From an uncultured Pseudomonadota bacterium (lineage in GTDB: Bacteria; Pseudomonadota; Alphaproteobacteria; RF32; CAG-239), in assembly GCA_902799835.1 (NCBI GenBank), contig CADCCF010000002.1:7338-71337 (forward strand): DNA of 64,000 nucleotides, in the 5' to 3' direction. Under the pieces are notes generated by a model that saw only the letters and a program-made list of their open reading frames with translations, was not told the DNA's origin and did no database searches. Shown here piece by piece: positions 49,455 through 60,295 of the stretch. Each line of letters begins with the position of its first letter. Position 1 is the stretch's first letter. The translations under genes and the position numbers were made by a program.

Positions 49455-50312
49455 ATGAAAAAAGCATTATTATCCGGAGTAGTTTTGGCAGGCATTATGG
49501 GATTTATTTCCAATGATGTTTGGGCGGTATCGGATGTCCAGCGCCAAATTGAAAATTTGCGTGAAGAGGTGCAAATTTTGCAACGCCAAGCTGCTCGCAT
49601 GGGCAATTCTTCCGGCGAGGATGTGGTTATGCAAATGACCCAAATGGATGAAACTGTGCGCTCGCTTAATGGTCGGCTTGATATGTTGGAGCACAACTTA
49701 AAAGCTTTGGAAGACAAAATCTCTAATATCAACAAAGATATTGATTTGCGCCTTAATATGCTTGAAGGCAAAGGTATGACCACAGCGTCTTCCGATTTGA
49801 GTGTCGCATCTGCCAATAAAGAACCAGCTAAAAAATTTGAAGCCCAGGTTGCAACTGCAGCTCCGGCAGCTATATTGGGTGGTGAAATTGCTAAAGGTGA
49901 GGCTTTGCCCGAGGTTAACACCAAATCACCCGACCAGATTTATCAAGAAGGTTTGGATGCCATCAAAGCCAATGATTTTGATTTATCCACGGCTCGTTTT
50001 ACAACCCTTTTAACCAAATATCCCAATCATGCTTTGGCCGATAATGCTCAGTATTGGCTTGGTGAATCATATTATGGCAAAAAGGACTACACTAAAGCGG
50101 CTGTGGCTTTTGCAACCGGTTATGAAAAGTATAAAAATGGTCATAAGGGAGCCGACAATATCTTAAAATTGGGAATGTCAATGCAGATGTTGGGCAAAAA
50201 AGATGAGGCGTGTACTGCGTTTACCAATCTGCCCAAAGAATTTCCCAAGGCTTCGGATGTCCTAAAAGACAAAGCTGCCAAGTTGGCCGCAGAATTGGAA
50301 TGTAAAAAATAG
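49455..50312 (+). CDS. cpoB: Tol-Pal system protein CpoB/YbgF (coiled coil plus TPR).
   Basis: Signal peptide, a coiled coil and TPR-like repeats. Position is after pal. Confidence 0.75.
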   Translation: MKKALLSGVVLAGIMGFISNDVWAVSDVQRQIENLREEVQILQRQAARMGNSSGEDVVMQMTQMDETVRSLNGRLDMLEHNLKALEDKISNINKDIDLRLNMLEGKGMTTASSDLSVASANKEPAKKFEAQVATAAPAAILGGEIAKGEALPEVNTKSPDQIYQEGLDAIKANDFDLSTARFTTLLTKYPNHALADNAQYWLGESYYGKKDYTKAAVAFATGYEKYKNGHKGADNILKLGMSMQMLGKKDEACTAFTNLPKEFPKASDVLKDKAAKLAAELECKK

Positions 50313-50315
50313 GTT

Positions 50316-51365
50316 ATGCAGGATTTTTTTGTTCAACACGGAATTGAAGAAGCAATAATAGCGGTTGGGGTTTCCGGTGGTGCGGATTCGCTGGCGCTTG
50401 CTTTGTCTCTCCATGAACAGGGCAAAAATATAATAGCATTAACAGTTGACCATGGACTGCGTCCTGAATCAAAAAACGAGGCTGAATATGTGGCCTCGAT
50501 TATGCAAAAATTCGGTATAGAACATCATATTTTGACATGGGAAGGTCAAAAACCGCAAACCGGAGTGGAGGAGGCGGCACGACAGGCGCGCTATAATCTG
50601 TTGTTTGACTATTGCCACCGGCATAATATTAAATATTTGGCGACCGGACATCACCGCCGTGATCAAGCCGAAACATTTTTGTTGCGTTTGTCACGGGGGA
50701 GCGGAGTATTCGGGTTGAGCGGAATTTTACCTCTATCCGAGCGCAATGGAATTACAATTATCCGTCCGCAGCTTGATGCCTCGCCCGATGATTTAAAACA
50801 ATATCTCAAAGACAAAGATGTATCTTGGGTTGAAGATCCGATGAATGATATTACCGACTTTGTCAGAGTTAAGATTCGCAAATTTTTACCTCAGTTGCAA
50901 GATATCGGCATTGATGAAGCCAAATTGGCGCAAACCGCCGCAATCCTGCAACATACCAGAGAATTTTTGCAAAACCTTTGTGACAGATTTGTGAGTGATT
51001 ATGTGCGGTGGTTTGGCAATAAAGCCGCTTCAATTTCGTTGCAGAATTTGGCTGATAGTGATGAGGAAATTACTCGTTTGGTTTTGGGTGAGCTGATTCG
51101 TTCAATCGGAGGTGGCAATTATTCTCCCGAAGCCGAAAGTGTGCACCGTATTATTGCTGAAGGCGAAAATTTTAAGGGTTGCACTTTGGGTGGTTGTGAG
51201 TTAGAGGTAGCTTTAGGAAGGCTTTGGATTATTCCGCAAGATGAGGGCAATATTCTGTTAAGTACCGAACAATGGAACGATTTTGTAGCACACCATTTGG
51301 AATTTGCCAATTCCGGATTACCTTATAAGGTTCGTCGGGCCATTTGGCAAAATTGGAAAGAATAA
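50316..51365 (+). CDS. tilS: tRNA(Ile)-lysidine synthetase.
   Basis: VGVSGGADS PP-loop. Confidence 0.85.
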   Translation: MQDFFVQHGIEEAIIAVGVSGGADSLALALSLHEQGKNIIALTVDHGLRPESKNEAEYVASIMQKFGIEHHILTWEGQKPQTGVEEAARQARYNLLFDYCHRHNIKYLATGHHRRDQAETFLLRLSRGSGVFGLSGILPLSERNGITIIRPQLDASPDDLKQYLKDKDVSWVEDPMNDITDFVRVKIRKFLPQLQDIGIDEAKLAQTAAILQHTREFLQNLCDRFVSDYVRWFGNKAASISLQNLADSDEEITRLVLGELIRSIGGGNYSPEAESVHRIIAEGENFKGCTLGGCELEVALGRLWIIPQDEGNILLSTEQWNDFVAHHLEFANSGLPYKVRRAIWQNWKE

Positions 51366-51368
51366 AAA

Positions 51369-51854
51369 ATGGCAAAAGATAAGAAAAAATCAAATTTAAT
51401 TTCAACCGGAGTTGTCGCCAACAATCGCCGCGCCAATTTTGATTATCAAATTGAAGAAAAGTTTACGGCCGGACTAATTCTCACCGGCACGGAAGTTAAA
51501 TCTTTGCGGCTTGGACATGCCAATATCAACGATGCTTATGGCATGGAAAAAGACGGCGAAATATTTATTCTCAATATGTTTATTGCCGAATATACCAACA
51601 AAGGTTATGCCAGTCACGAAGAAAAGCGGACACGCAAACTATTGCTTAACAAACGTGAGATTATTAACATCACCAATGCGCTTGCACGCAAAGGTGCCAC
51701 GCTTGTTGCCATAAAGTTGTTTTTTGATAACCACGGACGAGCAAAATTAGAAATCGGTTTGGGTTTTGGTAAAAAGAATTATGACAAACGCGAGACTATC
51801 AAAAATCGTGATATTGATCGCAAAATTCGCACCCAAGATTTTCGCAGAATTTAA
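51369..51854 (+). CDS. smpB: SsrA-binding protein.
   Basis: SmpB family, 161 aa. Confidence 0.9.
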   Translation: MAKDKKKSNLISTGVVANNRRANFDYQIEEKFTAGLILTGTEVKSLRLGHANINDAYGMEKDGEIFILNMFIAEYTNKGYASHEEKRTRKLLLNKREIINITNALARKGATLVAIKLFFDNHGRAKLEIGLGFGKKNYDKRETIKNRDIDRKIRTQDFRRI

Positions 51855-51994
51855 GCTAGATAATAGTTTGATAAATAATAATAAAATCGCGAATATTAAT
51901 GATTGTAATATTTGTTAAATTTTTGTGTTTTGCCTTATGTTAAAAAAGCTTTTAAGGTGAAATTTAGATTAAACATTTTAGGACTATTAAGTAA

Positions 51995-52789
51995 ATGTCA
52001 AAGATTCATCCTTCAGCCGTCATTGAGGACGGCGCAAAGATTGCCGATACCGCCGAGATCGGTCCTTTCTGTTGGATTAGCTCACAAGCCAAAATTGGTG
52101 AAAATGTAAGACTTTTGGCTCGTGTTACTGTTTATGGTGATACCACCATTGGTGATGGCACTGTTGTTTTTCCGGGTGCTTGCTTAGGTACCGGTCCGCA
52201 GGATCATGGTAACGAGTTTGTCCCCGGCGCCAAAGTTATTATTGGCAAAAATAACGTCATCAGAGAAAATGTTACAATACATGCCGGAACACCCAAAGAG
52301 CACCAAACAACGGTTGTCGGTGATAATTGCATGTTTATGGTCAATTCCCATGTTGCTCACGATTGTGTCGTCGGTAACGATGTGATTATGACCAACAATG
52401 CGGTTATTGGCGGACACGTTCGTCTCGGCGATGGTGCTGTTTTGGGCGGCAATTGTGCAGTACATCAATTCTGCCGTATTGGTCGCAAAGCTATGATTGG
52501 CGGCCTTTCCGGAGTTGCCAGAGATGTTATTCCTTTTGGTATTGTTACCGGAGATCGCGGCAAATTGCGCGGACTTAATCGCATCGGCATGATGCGCAGC
52601 GGTATGTCGGAAGCTGATGTTAAATCGGTTAGTCATGCTTTTATGTACATTTTCAAGAGCGAAGAAGACAACTTTGACATTCGTTTGGAAAAAGCTAAAG
52701 AAAAGTACAAAGATAATCCGTTAGTAATGGAGCAAGTTGAGTTTATAATTGAAGGTTTGGCCGGTCGTCGCAAAGTTATGACGGCTTGA
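51995..52789 (+). CDS. lpxA: Acyl-ACP--UDP-N-acetylglucosamine O-acyltransferase.
   Basis: Hexapeptide repeats and an LpxA C-terminal domain. Confidence 0.9.
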   Translation: MSKIHPSAVIEDGAKIADTAEIGPFCWISSQAKIGENVRLLARVTVYGDTTIGDGTVVFPGACLGTGPQDHGNEFVPGAKVIIGKNNVIRENVTIHAGTPKEHQTTVVGDNCMFMVNSHVAHDCVVGNDVIMTNNAVIGGHVRLGDGAVLGGNCAVHQFCRIGRKAMIGGLSGVARDVIPFGIVTGDRGKLRGLNRIGMMRSGMSEADVKSVSHAFMYIFKSEEDNFDIRLEKAKEKYKDNPLVMEQVEFIIEGLAGRRKVMTA

Positions 52790-52825
52790 GGCTAGGGAAG
52801 AATACCTCTTAGAAGAGGTTGTAAA

Positions 52826-52857
52826 TTGGCTTGGCACTTTTGTTAAGCCAATTTTTA
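52826..52857 (+). terminator. Terminator after lpxA.
   Basis: ttggctt-(12-nt loop)-aagccaa plus TTTTT. Confidence 0.4.
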
Positions 52858-52996
52858 CAAAGCTTGATATATGATGGCTTAAGATTTCTTTTGATAAATG
52901 GTCGTCAGTTTGTTTTTTGTAAGCAATGGCCGCTGTTTTTTGAGAAATAATGTGTCGTTATAATATCAAGTTTTTTTTATATTAAAGGGCTGATGA

Positions 52997-53845
52997 ATGA
53001 CCAATAAAACACGCAAACTCGGAATTATTGCAGGCGGGGGAAATATACCGGCAATGCTTATTGAACATTGTCGGCAAAATGGCATAGATTTTGTCGCTTT
53101 GGCCATAGAGGGTAACGCCGATAAATCATTTTTTAAGGGTGAGGAATTTGCGTATCGCTGGATTCGCATCGGTCAAGCCGGTAGCGGATTTAAGTATTTT
53201 GCTCAAGAAAAAGTTACCGATGTAGTGATGATTGGCACTATTCGCCGCCCCAGTTTTTTTGATTTGGTACCTGATTTGCGTACTACGGCCTTTTTTGCCA
53301 AAGTCGGAGCTAAGGCATTGGGTGATGACGGTATTTTGCGAGCAGTCATATCCGAAATTGAAAAAGAGGGTATGCATGTTAAAGGTATTCATGAACTGAT
53401 GCCGGATTTACTGATTTCGCAAGGCTTATTGACCAAACATAAACCTTCTAAATCTGATATGATTGATATTCAAAGGGGAGTGGAGGTTGCTTTTGCACTC
53501 GGCAAATTGGATGTCGGACAATCGGTTGTTGTACAACATGGCTTGGTACTGGGTGTCGAAGGGATTGAAGGTACCGACGAGTTGATACGCCGTTGTAAAG
53601 ACTACCGTCGTAAGGGTGACGGCGGAGTTTTGGTCAAACTGCGCAAACCGCAACAAGATATGCGGATTGATTTGCCGACCATTGGGATAAAAACCATTGA
53701 GGGGGCTCATGAGAGCGGTTTGCGAGGTGTTGTTGTCCATGCCGGCAACGGCTTGATTGTCGACCAAGCACAAGCGGTTGCTTTGGCTGATAAATATGGA
53801 ATGTTTATAATGGGGGTACTCCCGGATGAGCTCTGCAAAAATTAA
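52997..53845 (+). CDS. lpxI: UDP-2,3-diacylglucosamine hydrolase LpxI (DUF1009).
   Basis: LGIIAGGGNIP N-terminus. Position is between lpxA and lpxB. Confidence 0.8.
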   Translation: MTNKTRKLGIIAGGGNIPAMLIEHCRQNGIDFVALAIEGNADKSFFKGEEFAYRWIRIGQAGSGFKYFAQEKVTDVVMIGTIRRPSFFDLVPDLRTTAFFAKVGAKALGDDGILRAVISEIEKEGMHVKGIHELMPDLLISQGLLTKHKPSKSDMIDIQRGVEVAFALGKLDVGQSVVVQHGLVLGVEGIEGTDELIRRCKDYRRKGDGGVLVKLRKPQQDMRIDLPTIGIKTIEGAHESGLRGVVVHAGNGLIVDQAQAVALADKYGMFIMGVLPDELCKN

Positions 53846-54983
53846 GGTCTATTTGATTGCCGGTGAACCGAGCGGTGATTTGCTGGGCTCGCGTTTGATG
53901 CGTGCCTTGCGTCAAAAAAATGCTGTTGAATTTTGCGGCATTGGCGGTGATACCATGCAGCAGGAAGGATTGCAATCACTGTTTGATATCTCTGAATTGG
54001 CGGTCATGGGATTGGCCGAAGTTATTCCCAGTATTCCTAATGTTTTGCGCCGGATTAAACAGACAGTTGCCGATATAGTCAAGCAAAAACCTGATGTGGT
54101 AGTGACGATTGATAGTTGGAGTTTTTGTAGCCGGATTCATAAAAAATTACGCAAACTTAATACCGGAATAAAACAAATTCACTACGTTGCACCGCAAGTT
54201 TGGGCATGGAAAAAGCGTCGCGCTAAAACTATGTATCAATATGTTGATGAGTTATTGACACTGCTTCCTAACGAACCGCAATATTTTACCCCTTATCACT
54301 TAAAAACAACTTTTGTCGGACATCCGGTAATTGAAAGCGCCGCCTTAAAGGCTGACGGTGCAGAATTTCGTCGTCGCCACAATATTGCCGATAACAAACA
54401 AATTATTTCAATTCTTCCCGGTTCGCGCCACAATGAAGTAAGTCGGCTTTTGCCTGATTTTTTGGCTGCGGCACAAAAGCTGTATGCCAAACACCCTGAT
54501 ATGTTTTTTGTTCTGCCGACGGTAACCACGGTTGCCCAAAGAGTTCAAAATATGGTTAAAGGTTGTGATTTACCCTTGTTAGTGGTAACAAGCGAAAACG
54601 AAAGGTATGGTGCTTTTCAGGCTTCATCAGCGGCAATAGCGGCTTCCGGCACTGTGGCTTTGGAGTTGGCAATGTGTCGCATTCCTCACATTATTGCCTA
54701 TAAAATTTCGCCTTTGACTTATTACTTGGCTAAGAGCTTGGTAAAAATAAAATATGTAAATTTAACCAATATCATGTTGGATCGTCCGGTTATTCCTGAG
54801 CTTTTGCAACATGATTGTACTCCGCAAAATATTGCTGATCATATTGATGAGCTCTTAGCCCATGCACAAGTTTATCAAAAACAAATGCAGGGTTTTGATG
54901 ATATAAAGCAATATTTGAGCAATGGTAATGATACGCCGAGCAATCAGGCTGCGGCAGTAATATTAAAGGCTATACAATGTTAG
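53826..54983 (+). CDS. lpxB: Lipid-A-disaccharide synthase.
   Basis: GT19 family (YLIAGEPSGD). Confidence 0.9.
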   Translation: MSSAKIKVYLIAGEPSGDLLGSRLMRALRQKNAVEFCGIGGDTMQQEGLQSLFDISELAVMGLAEVIPSIPNVLRRIKQTVADIVKQKPDVVVTIDSWSFCSRIHKKLRKLNTGIKQIHYVAPQVWAWKKRRAKTMYQYVDELLTLLPNEPQYFTPYHLKTTFVGHPVIESAALKADGAEFRRRHNIADNKQIISILPGSRHNEVSRLLPDFLAAAQKLYAKHPDMFFVLPTVTTVAQRVQNMVKGCDLPLLVVTSENERYGAFQASSAAIAASGTVALELAMCRIPHIIAYKISPLTYYLAKSLVKIKYVNLTNIMLDRPVIPELLQHDCTPQNIADHIDELLAHAQVYQKQMQGFDDIKQYLSNGNDTPSNQAAAVILKAIQC

Positions 54984-56908
54984 AATTATTGATATCTTGT
55001 TGGAAATCAGATTATTCCCGCCGCATTTTGTGGCTTCCGGTGTTGTTTGGCTGCGGTATCGGCAGTTATTTTCTTCTGTCTGAGGAACCTAATAAATGGA
55101 TAACTTTATGGACAGTAGAAGCGCTGATAGTGATTGCGATTATTTTTCGCCGGCGTATGCGGGTGCTTTATTATTTAGCGGCAATTTTTGTTTTTGTATT
55201 GGGTTTTGCCATCATACAATTAAAAAGCATTTATATCAGCAATTTTCCGCATGATTTATATGGCAAAACCTCTTATCTCAAAGGCGTGATTACTAAAATA
55301 GACACCAATTACAAAGGCAAACAACGCTTCACTTTTGATGAATTGGAAGATTTTGATGGCAATAAATATTCCGGCAAATATCGCATTGTGCAACGCTCTA
55401 ATGACAAAGTTGCGTCAATTGGTGATTGTGTTGAGCAAGTTGGAACCATTATGCCTCCGGCAGTAGAAACGGCAGTGGGCGGATATCAGCTTGACCGCAA
55501 AAATTATTTTGAGGGACTTAAAGGTAGCGGTTATGCCGAAAGCAATTTTTTCCCCGCAGAATGTGATGTTTCATCTCCGGGCTGGTTTGGTTCACAAATA
55601 GCACGGTTACGCCAAAGATTGGTGCGCCACATTATGCGCTTGTTGCCGCCTGCGGAATCTTCGGTTGCGGCAGCGATTATTGCCGGTGATAAAAGTTTGA
55701 TTTCTCCTGAGCAATATGATCAATATCGCAATTCGGGTTTGGCGCATTTCTTGGCCATCTCCGGTTTGCATATGAGTTTATTATGCGGATTGATGTTTTT
55801 TATCGTGCGCTTAGGCTTAGCACTTGTTCCGCCGATGGCTTTACGCTTCGATTCGCGTAAAATTGCAGCTTGGTGTGCGCTGATTACCAGCTTTATCTAT
55901 TTGTTAATTTCCGGCATGGCAGTTCCGGCACAAAGAGCATTTATTATGATTGCGGTCGTTTTAATCGGAGTCATAACCAACCGTCGGGCAATTTCGATGT
56001 ATTCGGTTGGGTTGGCGGCATTTATCATACTGTTATTATCGCCGGAAGTTCTTATTTCGCCCAGTTTTCAGATGTCATTTGCCGCAACCATCGGGTTGGT
56101 GGCTTTTTATGAAAAATATTCGAGCGCAATTCACTCATATTTTGCCAAAGGCAACAAGTTTTGGCAGGGTTTTAAGATATATATATTCGGTATATTGATT
56201 ACAGACTTTATTGCCTCACTTTCTACTTTGCCTTTTGCCATTTATCATTTTAACATGGTGGCAATTTATACCACTTTGGGCAACTTGGCTTCCGGACCGA
56301 TTATCGGTTTTGTCATCATGCCTTGTGTGCTGTTCAGCCTGTTGCTGTTACCTTTGGGTTGGGACAAGCCGTTTTTAATCGCAGCAGGCTTTGGTATCGA
56401 TTGGGTTAATCATATTACGGAATATGTTTCTTCATTGCCTTATGCCGGATTTTATGTTCAGGCGATGCCGACCATCGGACTTTTGGCTATAGTCTTTGGC
56501 GGATTGTGGTTGAGTATTTGGTTTTGTCGTTGGCGAATTTGGGGCGCTTATGCCATAGGCTTAGGCTTGTTGAGTATATTATTTGTGCGCACCCCTGATG
56601 TGCTGGTTGGCGACCATCTCAAAGCGATAGCTTTTAAGAATGATGATGGTAAATTAGAACTGGTTTCAACTCGTGGCGGTGGTTTTATCAAACAATCATG
56701 GCGACAACGTTATCCGACCTCCGATAATATAACCATGCTCAAAGCTCATCCTGAACTTTGGATTGAGGGAGATATTGTTACCATCGGTCGTCAGCAATAC
56801 AATATTAAGGATATTATCGGTTTCAGTGCCTATAAAAAAGGTGATGATTATATCGTCAAAACCATCCGTGATGACATTGGCAACCGCAAGTGGAATGAAA
56901 ATAATTAA
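54977..56908 (+). CDS. comEC: ComEC/Rec2 family membrane protein with no MBL domain.
   Basis: DUF4131 plus competence-domain polytopic protein. Confidence 0.75.
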   Translation: MLELLISCWKSDYSRRILWLPVLFGCGIGSYFLLSEEPNKWITLWTVEALIVIAIIFRRRMRVLYYLAAIFVFVLGFAIIQLKSIYISNFPHDLYGKTSYLKGVITKIDTNYKGKQRFTFDELEDFDGNKYSGKYRIVQRSNDKVASIGDCVEQVGTIMPPAVETAVGGYQLDRKNYFEGLKGSGYAESNFFPAECDVSSPGWFGSQIARLRQRLVRHIMRLLPPAESSVAAAIIAGDKSLISPEQYDQYRNSGLAHFLAISGLHMSLLCGLMFFIVRLGLALVPPMALRFDSRKIAAWCALITSFIYLLISGMAVPAQRAFIMIAVVLIGVITNRRAISMYSVGLAAFIILLLSPEVLISPSFQMSFAATIGLVAFYEKYSSAIHSYFAKGNKFWQGFKIYIFGILITDFIASLSTLPFAIYHFNMVAIYTTLGNLASGPIIGFVIMPCVLFSLLLLPLGWDKPFLIAAGFGIDWVNHITEYVSSLPYAGFYVQAMPTIGLLAIVFGGLWLSIWFCRWRIWGAYAIGLGLLSILFVRTPDVLVGDHLKAIAFKNDDGKLELVSTRGGGFIKQSWRQRYPTSDNITMLKAHPELWIEGDIVTIGRQQYNIKDIIGFSAYKKGDDYIVKTIRDDIGNRKWNENN

Positions 56909-56920
56909 GATTGCAAAGTA

Positions 56921-56954
56921 AAAAAAACAGCTTGGCTTTGAGAAAGCCAAGCTG
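56921..56954 (-). terminator. Hairpin with a minus-strand T-run. It terminates the minus-strand 57120 gene and is possibly bidirectional.
   Basis: aaaaaaa cagcttggcttt-gaga-aagccaagctg. Confidence 0.55.
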
Positions 56955-57119
56955 TCTTGCTATTTAATCGTTAAATAGTAACTTTTCATCTATAGTTTGA
57001 GAAAACTAACAAATATAACACCCAGAATCACGATGCCGTATTTTTTTTGATTTAAATCTCAGCTTCCGAGTCGGAATCAAGAATGACGATAAAAAATATA
57101 TTATAAAATTTTTTTATGA

Positions 57120-57791
57120 TTATTTCAAATTACAAAAATCTAAAATTGCCGGTTTTAGCTCAGCATAAATTTTTGCCATATCTTCTTCATTTTCGGCATG
57201 CCATGTTTCAACCGTAATCAGCGGAATTTTTCTTTCAATTCCCGCCCAAGTGCCAAACGAACCGTTGGTCGGATAGCCGATTTCATCAACCAAACGATAA
57301 CCGCAAATTTGGCTGAATTTTAAGGCCAGTTCTTTCGCCGGTCCATCATAATCAATCAGGTGCAAATCCGAGTGGATGGAGAGTATGCGCTTAAAGTTGT
57401 AACCATTAATCAGATCCATCATGATTTGCGTTTCAATCTCGGATGCCGGTTGACCGGAGGAAATTTCTTTGACATGCGGATTGACGCAGGTTGAGCTGAA
57501 ATTTTCGGTTGGATAATTGCGATTGAGATCAACCCCATGTCCGTTCGCCCGAGTGAAAAGCTTTTTCCCGCTGGGGTTTAGGCAAGGCAAAATATAGATA
57601 TTATAAGGGGATTGCCACTTATTTTGCTCTAATTCCGACAGCAATTGTCGCAAGCAAAATTCCCCCTCCGGCTCATCACCATGAAAACGTGCCACCAACA
57701 AAATATTGTCATCAGATGGATACGATGGATAGCACAATAATTCTATCGGATTACCGAAACTATCAACCCAATCCTTAACTTTAGTCAGCAT
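57120..57791 (-). CDS. M14-family zinc carboxypeptidase-like protein (MpaA / succinylglutamate desuccinylase-aspartoacylase type).
   Basis: HGDEPEG zinc-binding motif and a downstream H. Confidence 0.65.
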   Translation of the reverse strand: MLTKVKDWVDSFGNPIELLCYPSYPSDDNILLVARFHGDEPEGEFCLRQLLSELEQNKWQSPYNIYILPCLNPSGKKLFTRANGHGVDLNRNYPTENFSSTCVNPHVKEISSGQPASEIETQIMMDLINGYNFKRILSIHSDLHLIDYDGPAKELALKFSQICGYRLVDEIGYPTNGSFGTWAGIERKIPLITVETWHAENEEDMAKIYAELKPAILDFCNLK

Positions 57792-57793
57792 AA

Positions 57794-58510
57794 TCAGCGT
57801 CCTACTACTTTGGTGAAAAATCTTTCTTTGATTGCAATATTACGTAATACATCAGAAAATCGGCTTATTCCGATTGATACCGGAGACAAACAAAATTCCG
57901 TTTTATTGTTTTGCGATGTGATGTGGTCAAAATCCGAAGTATGAGCTACCTTTTTAGCACACAAAACATTCTCATGAAATTTTTTGCCATTAGTATTATT
58001 ATCATTATATTCCACGATAAATTGATTAAAACCTTTTTGCTGTAATTCTTGAAATACCGTTTTAATAAAATAAGTTCCTAAACCTTGCTTTTGAGCTTCC
58101 GGCGCAATATAAATCTGATTTAAGATTAGTGTATTTTTCTCATAGTTGGGATTCCGAGTATATTGAATTTTACGTTGACGCGCCATTTTCCATCCGTCTA
58201 ACTCGCCGGTCTCATGCTCAACGGCTTGCAAATCTTGATTAATATAGCGATAATCTTCAGGTATGGGATTAAGTCTCATGATTCCACAAGGCTTGCCATT
58301 CTGATGCAAGACATAGATAAAAGGTTCATTGCCCTTTTCTTGATTAATTGCCCACTTTTCCAGTTTTTTTATAAATGAAAATTTGGTGTACAAAGCCATC
58401 TCTTCTTTGGTTTTATAGCCTTTTGACAGCTCATTATATGAGCGCATATAGACATCAGCCAAGGGTAAAATTTCTTTATAGTTGCCGGCGAACTTTTTAA
58501 CTTTCAACAT
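57794..58510 (-). CDS. GNAT family N-acetyltransferase.
   Basis: Acetyl-CoA motif QKQGLGTYFIKTVFQEL. ATG 58510 has SD GAGG; the track ORF extends to 58573. Confidence 0.65.
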   Translation of the reverse strand: MLKVKKFAGNYKEILPLADVYMRSYNELSKGYKTKEEMALYTKFSFIKKLEKWAINQEKGNEPFIYVLHQNGKPCGIMRLNPIPEDYRYINQDLQAVEHETGELDGWKMARQRKIQYTRNPNYEKNTLILNQIYIAPEAQKQGLGTYFIKTVFQELQQKGFNQFIVEYNDNNTNGKKFHENVLCAKKVAHTSDFDHITSQNNKTEFCLSPVSIGISRFSDVLRNIAIKERFFTKVVGR

Positions 58511-58675
58511 ATTATCAACCTCGCAAAATCTCAAGTGTGCGGGTATAATAAGATTTTGTTTATTTTTTGTCAAGTAAATATTCTTTCAAATGTCGGTTGT
58601 GTATCAGAAAGTTTTTTTGTTGCGTATAACAAATTAAAATGCTACAAAAACAAGCAAGGGAGAGTGGTTTTGAAT

Positions 58676-59080
58676 ATGGAAATCGCAGAAATAATTGACA
58701 ACATGTCTTTCTTTGACTCATGGGAGGATAAATATCGCTATATTATTGAAATTGGCGAAAGTTTGCCCGATTTGCCGCCCGAGTTTTTGACCGAAGAATG
58801 GAAGGTGAAGGGTTGTCAATCTCAGGTTTGGCTTGTTCCGCAAAAGAAGGCTGATAATACTCTGTCTTTTTTGGGAACCAGTGATGCGATGATTGTTAAA
58901 GGCTTGATAGGCATTGTCTTGAGTATATATAACAACAAAACCCCGTCCGAGATTAAAAGTATGGATATTGATGGAATTTTTGCTTCTTTGGGCTTGCGTG
59001 AACATTTATCACCTTCACGGCGCAACGGGTTAGAGGCGATGATTGAAAAAATTAAGCATTATGCGGTTGTTATGGAGTAA
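58676..59080 (+). CDS. sufE: SufE-like cysteine desulfuration protein.
   Basis: SufE family with the conserved Cys in KVKGCQSQVWL. The start is the internal ATG 58676 with SD. Confidence 0.8.
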   Translation: MEIAEIIDNMSFFDSWEDKYRYIIEIGESLPDLPPEFLTEEWKVKGCQSQVWLVPQKKADNTLSFLGTSDAMIVKGLIGIVLSIYNNKTPSEIKSMDIDGIFASLGLREHLSPSRRNGLEAMIEKIKHYAVVME

Positions 59081-59092
59081 GGTAAAAGCGGT

Positions 59093-60295
59093 ATGAATAT
59101 TCATGAGTATCAAGCCAAAAATGTACTGAAGCACTTCGGAATAAGTGTTCCGAATGGCAAGATAGCTTATACTCCTAAAGAAGCTTCAGCCGTAGCCGTC
59201 GAAGTCAGCAGTCATGGACCATGGGTGCTCAAGGCGCAAATTCAATCCGGTGCCAGACAATCAGGCTTTTTCTTAGAAAAATCGGCCGGTGTTGCCGGAG
59301 GAATTCGTCTGGTCAAAAATCGTCGTGCTGTTGCCAGCGAAACCGAAAAAATGCTTGGCAATACCTTGGTTACCATCCAAACCGGACCAAAGGGCAAAGT
59401 GGTTAATAAAATTTATGTTGAGGCTTTTCAAAAAGTCAAAAAAAGTTTCTACCTCGGGTTGACCATAGATCGCATAACTTCTGAATTGGTTTTGTTGGCA
59501 GCAAATGTTCCTGATGGCAATATTATTGAAAAAGCGATTAATAATCCTGACGAAATTTTACACCTTTCGCTCAATACCTTGGGCACAACTTCACAACAGC
59601 AGATTCAGCACATAATGAAGTTTTTAAAATTACCCAAACGCACTCTTCCTCACTTGGAGCAGTTGGTTAATGGTTTGCACAAAGCCTTTTTGGGTTTGGA
59701 TGCTACTATGATAGAGATTAATCCGGTTGGCGTTACATCTTCCGGCGAATTATTAGCGTTGGATGCTAAAATTTCGCTTGATGACAATGCTCTGTTTCGC
59801 CATCCTGATATTGCAACTCTGCGTGATGACAGTGATTTGGACGAGCGAAAATTACAGGCTAGACGCTATAAGTTTACTTATCATGATTTTTCAGGATCGG
59901 TTGGATGTATTGTCAACGGCGATGGATTGGCGCTGTCAACGATGGATTTGCTCAAAGAAAAAGGCAGTGGTGCCGCGTGTTTTATCAATGTAAAAGGCGG
60001 TGTTGATAAGGACAAAATCGCTAACGGCATCAAGATAATCATGACCAATCCGCGCGTTGAAGGAATATTGCTCAATATTTTGGGCGGTTTTGTGCGATGC
60101 AATTTGATAGCAGATGGAATTATTGCCGCCGCCGCCGAGGCCGGACTTAATGTTCCGATGGTGATTCGCTTTGAAGGAACCAATAAAGATATGGCTCATG
60201 AAATTTTGAACAATTCACATTTGCCGGTTATATGGGCAGATACTCAAGAAGAAGCAGTCGACAAACTGCTTAAAGAAATGGAGGCTGCGGTCTAA
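59093..60295 (+). CDS. sucC: Succinyl-CoA synthetase beta subunit.
   Basis: ATP-grasp plus ligase-CoA domains. Confidence 0.92.
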   Translation: MNIHEYQAKNVLKHFGISVPNGKIAYTPKEASAVAVEVSSHGPWVLKAQIQSGARQSGFFLEKSAGVAGGIRLVKNRRAVASETEKMLGNTLVTIQTGPKGKVVNKIYVEAFQKVKKSFYLGLTIDRITSELVLLAANVPDGNIIEKAINNPDEILHLSLNTLGTTSQQQIQHIMKFLKLPKRTLPHLEQLVNGLHKAFLGLDATMIEINPVGVTSSGELLALDAKISLDDNALFRHPDIATLRDDSDLDERKLQARRYKFTYHDFSGSVGCIVNGDGLALSTMDLLKEKGSGAACFINVKGGVDKDKIANGIKIIMTNPRVEGILLNILGGFVRCNLIADGIIAAAAEAGLNVPMVIRFEGTNKDMAHEILNNSHLPVIWADTQEEAVDKLLKEMEAAV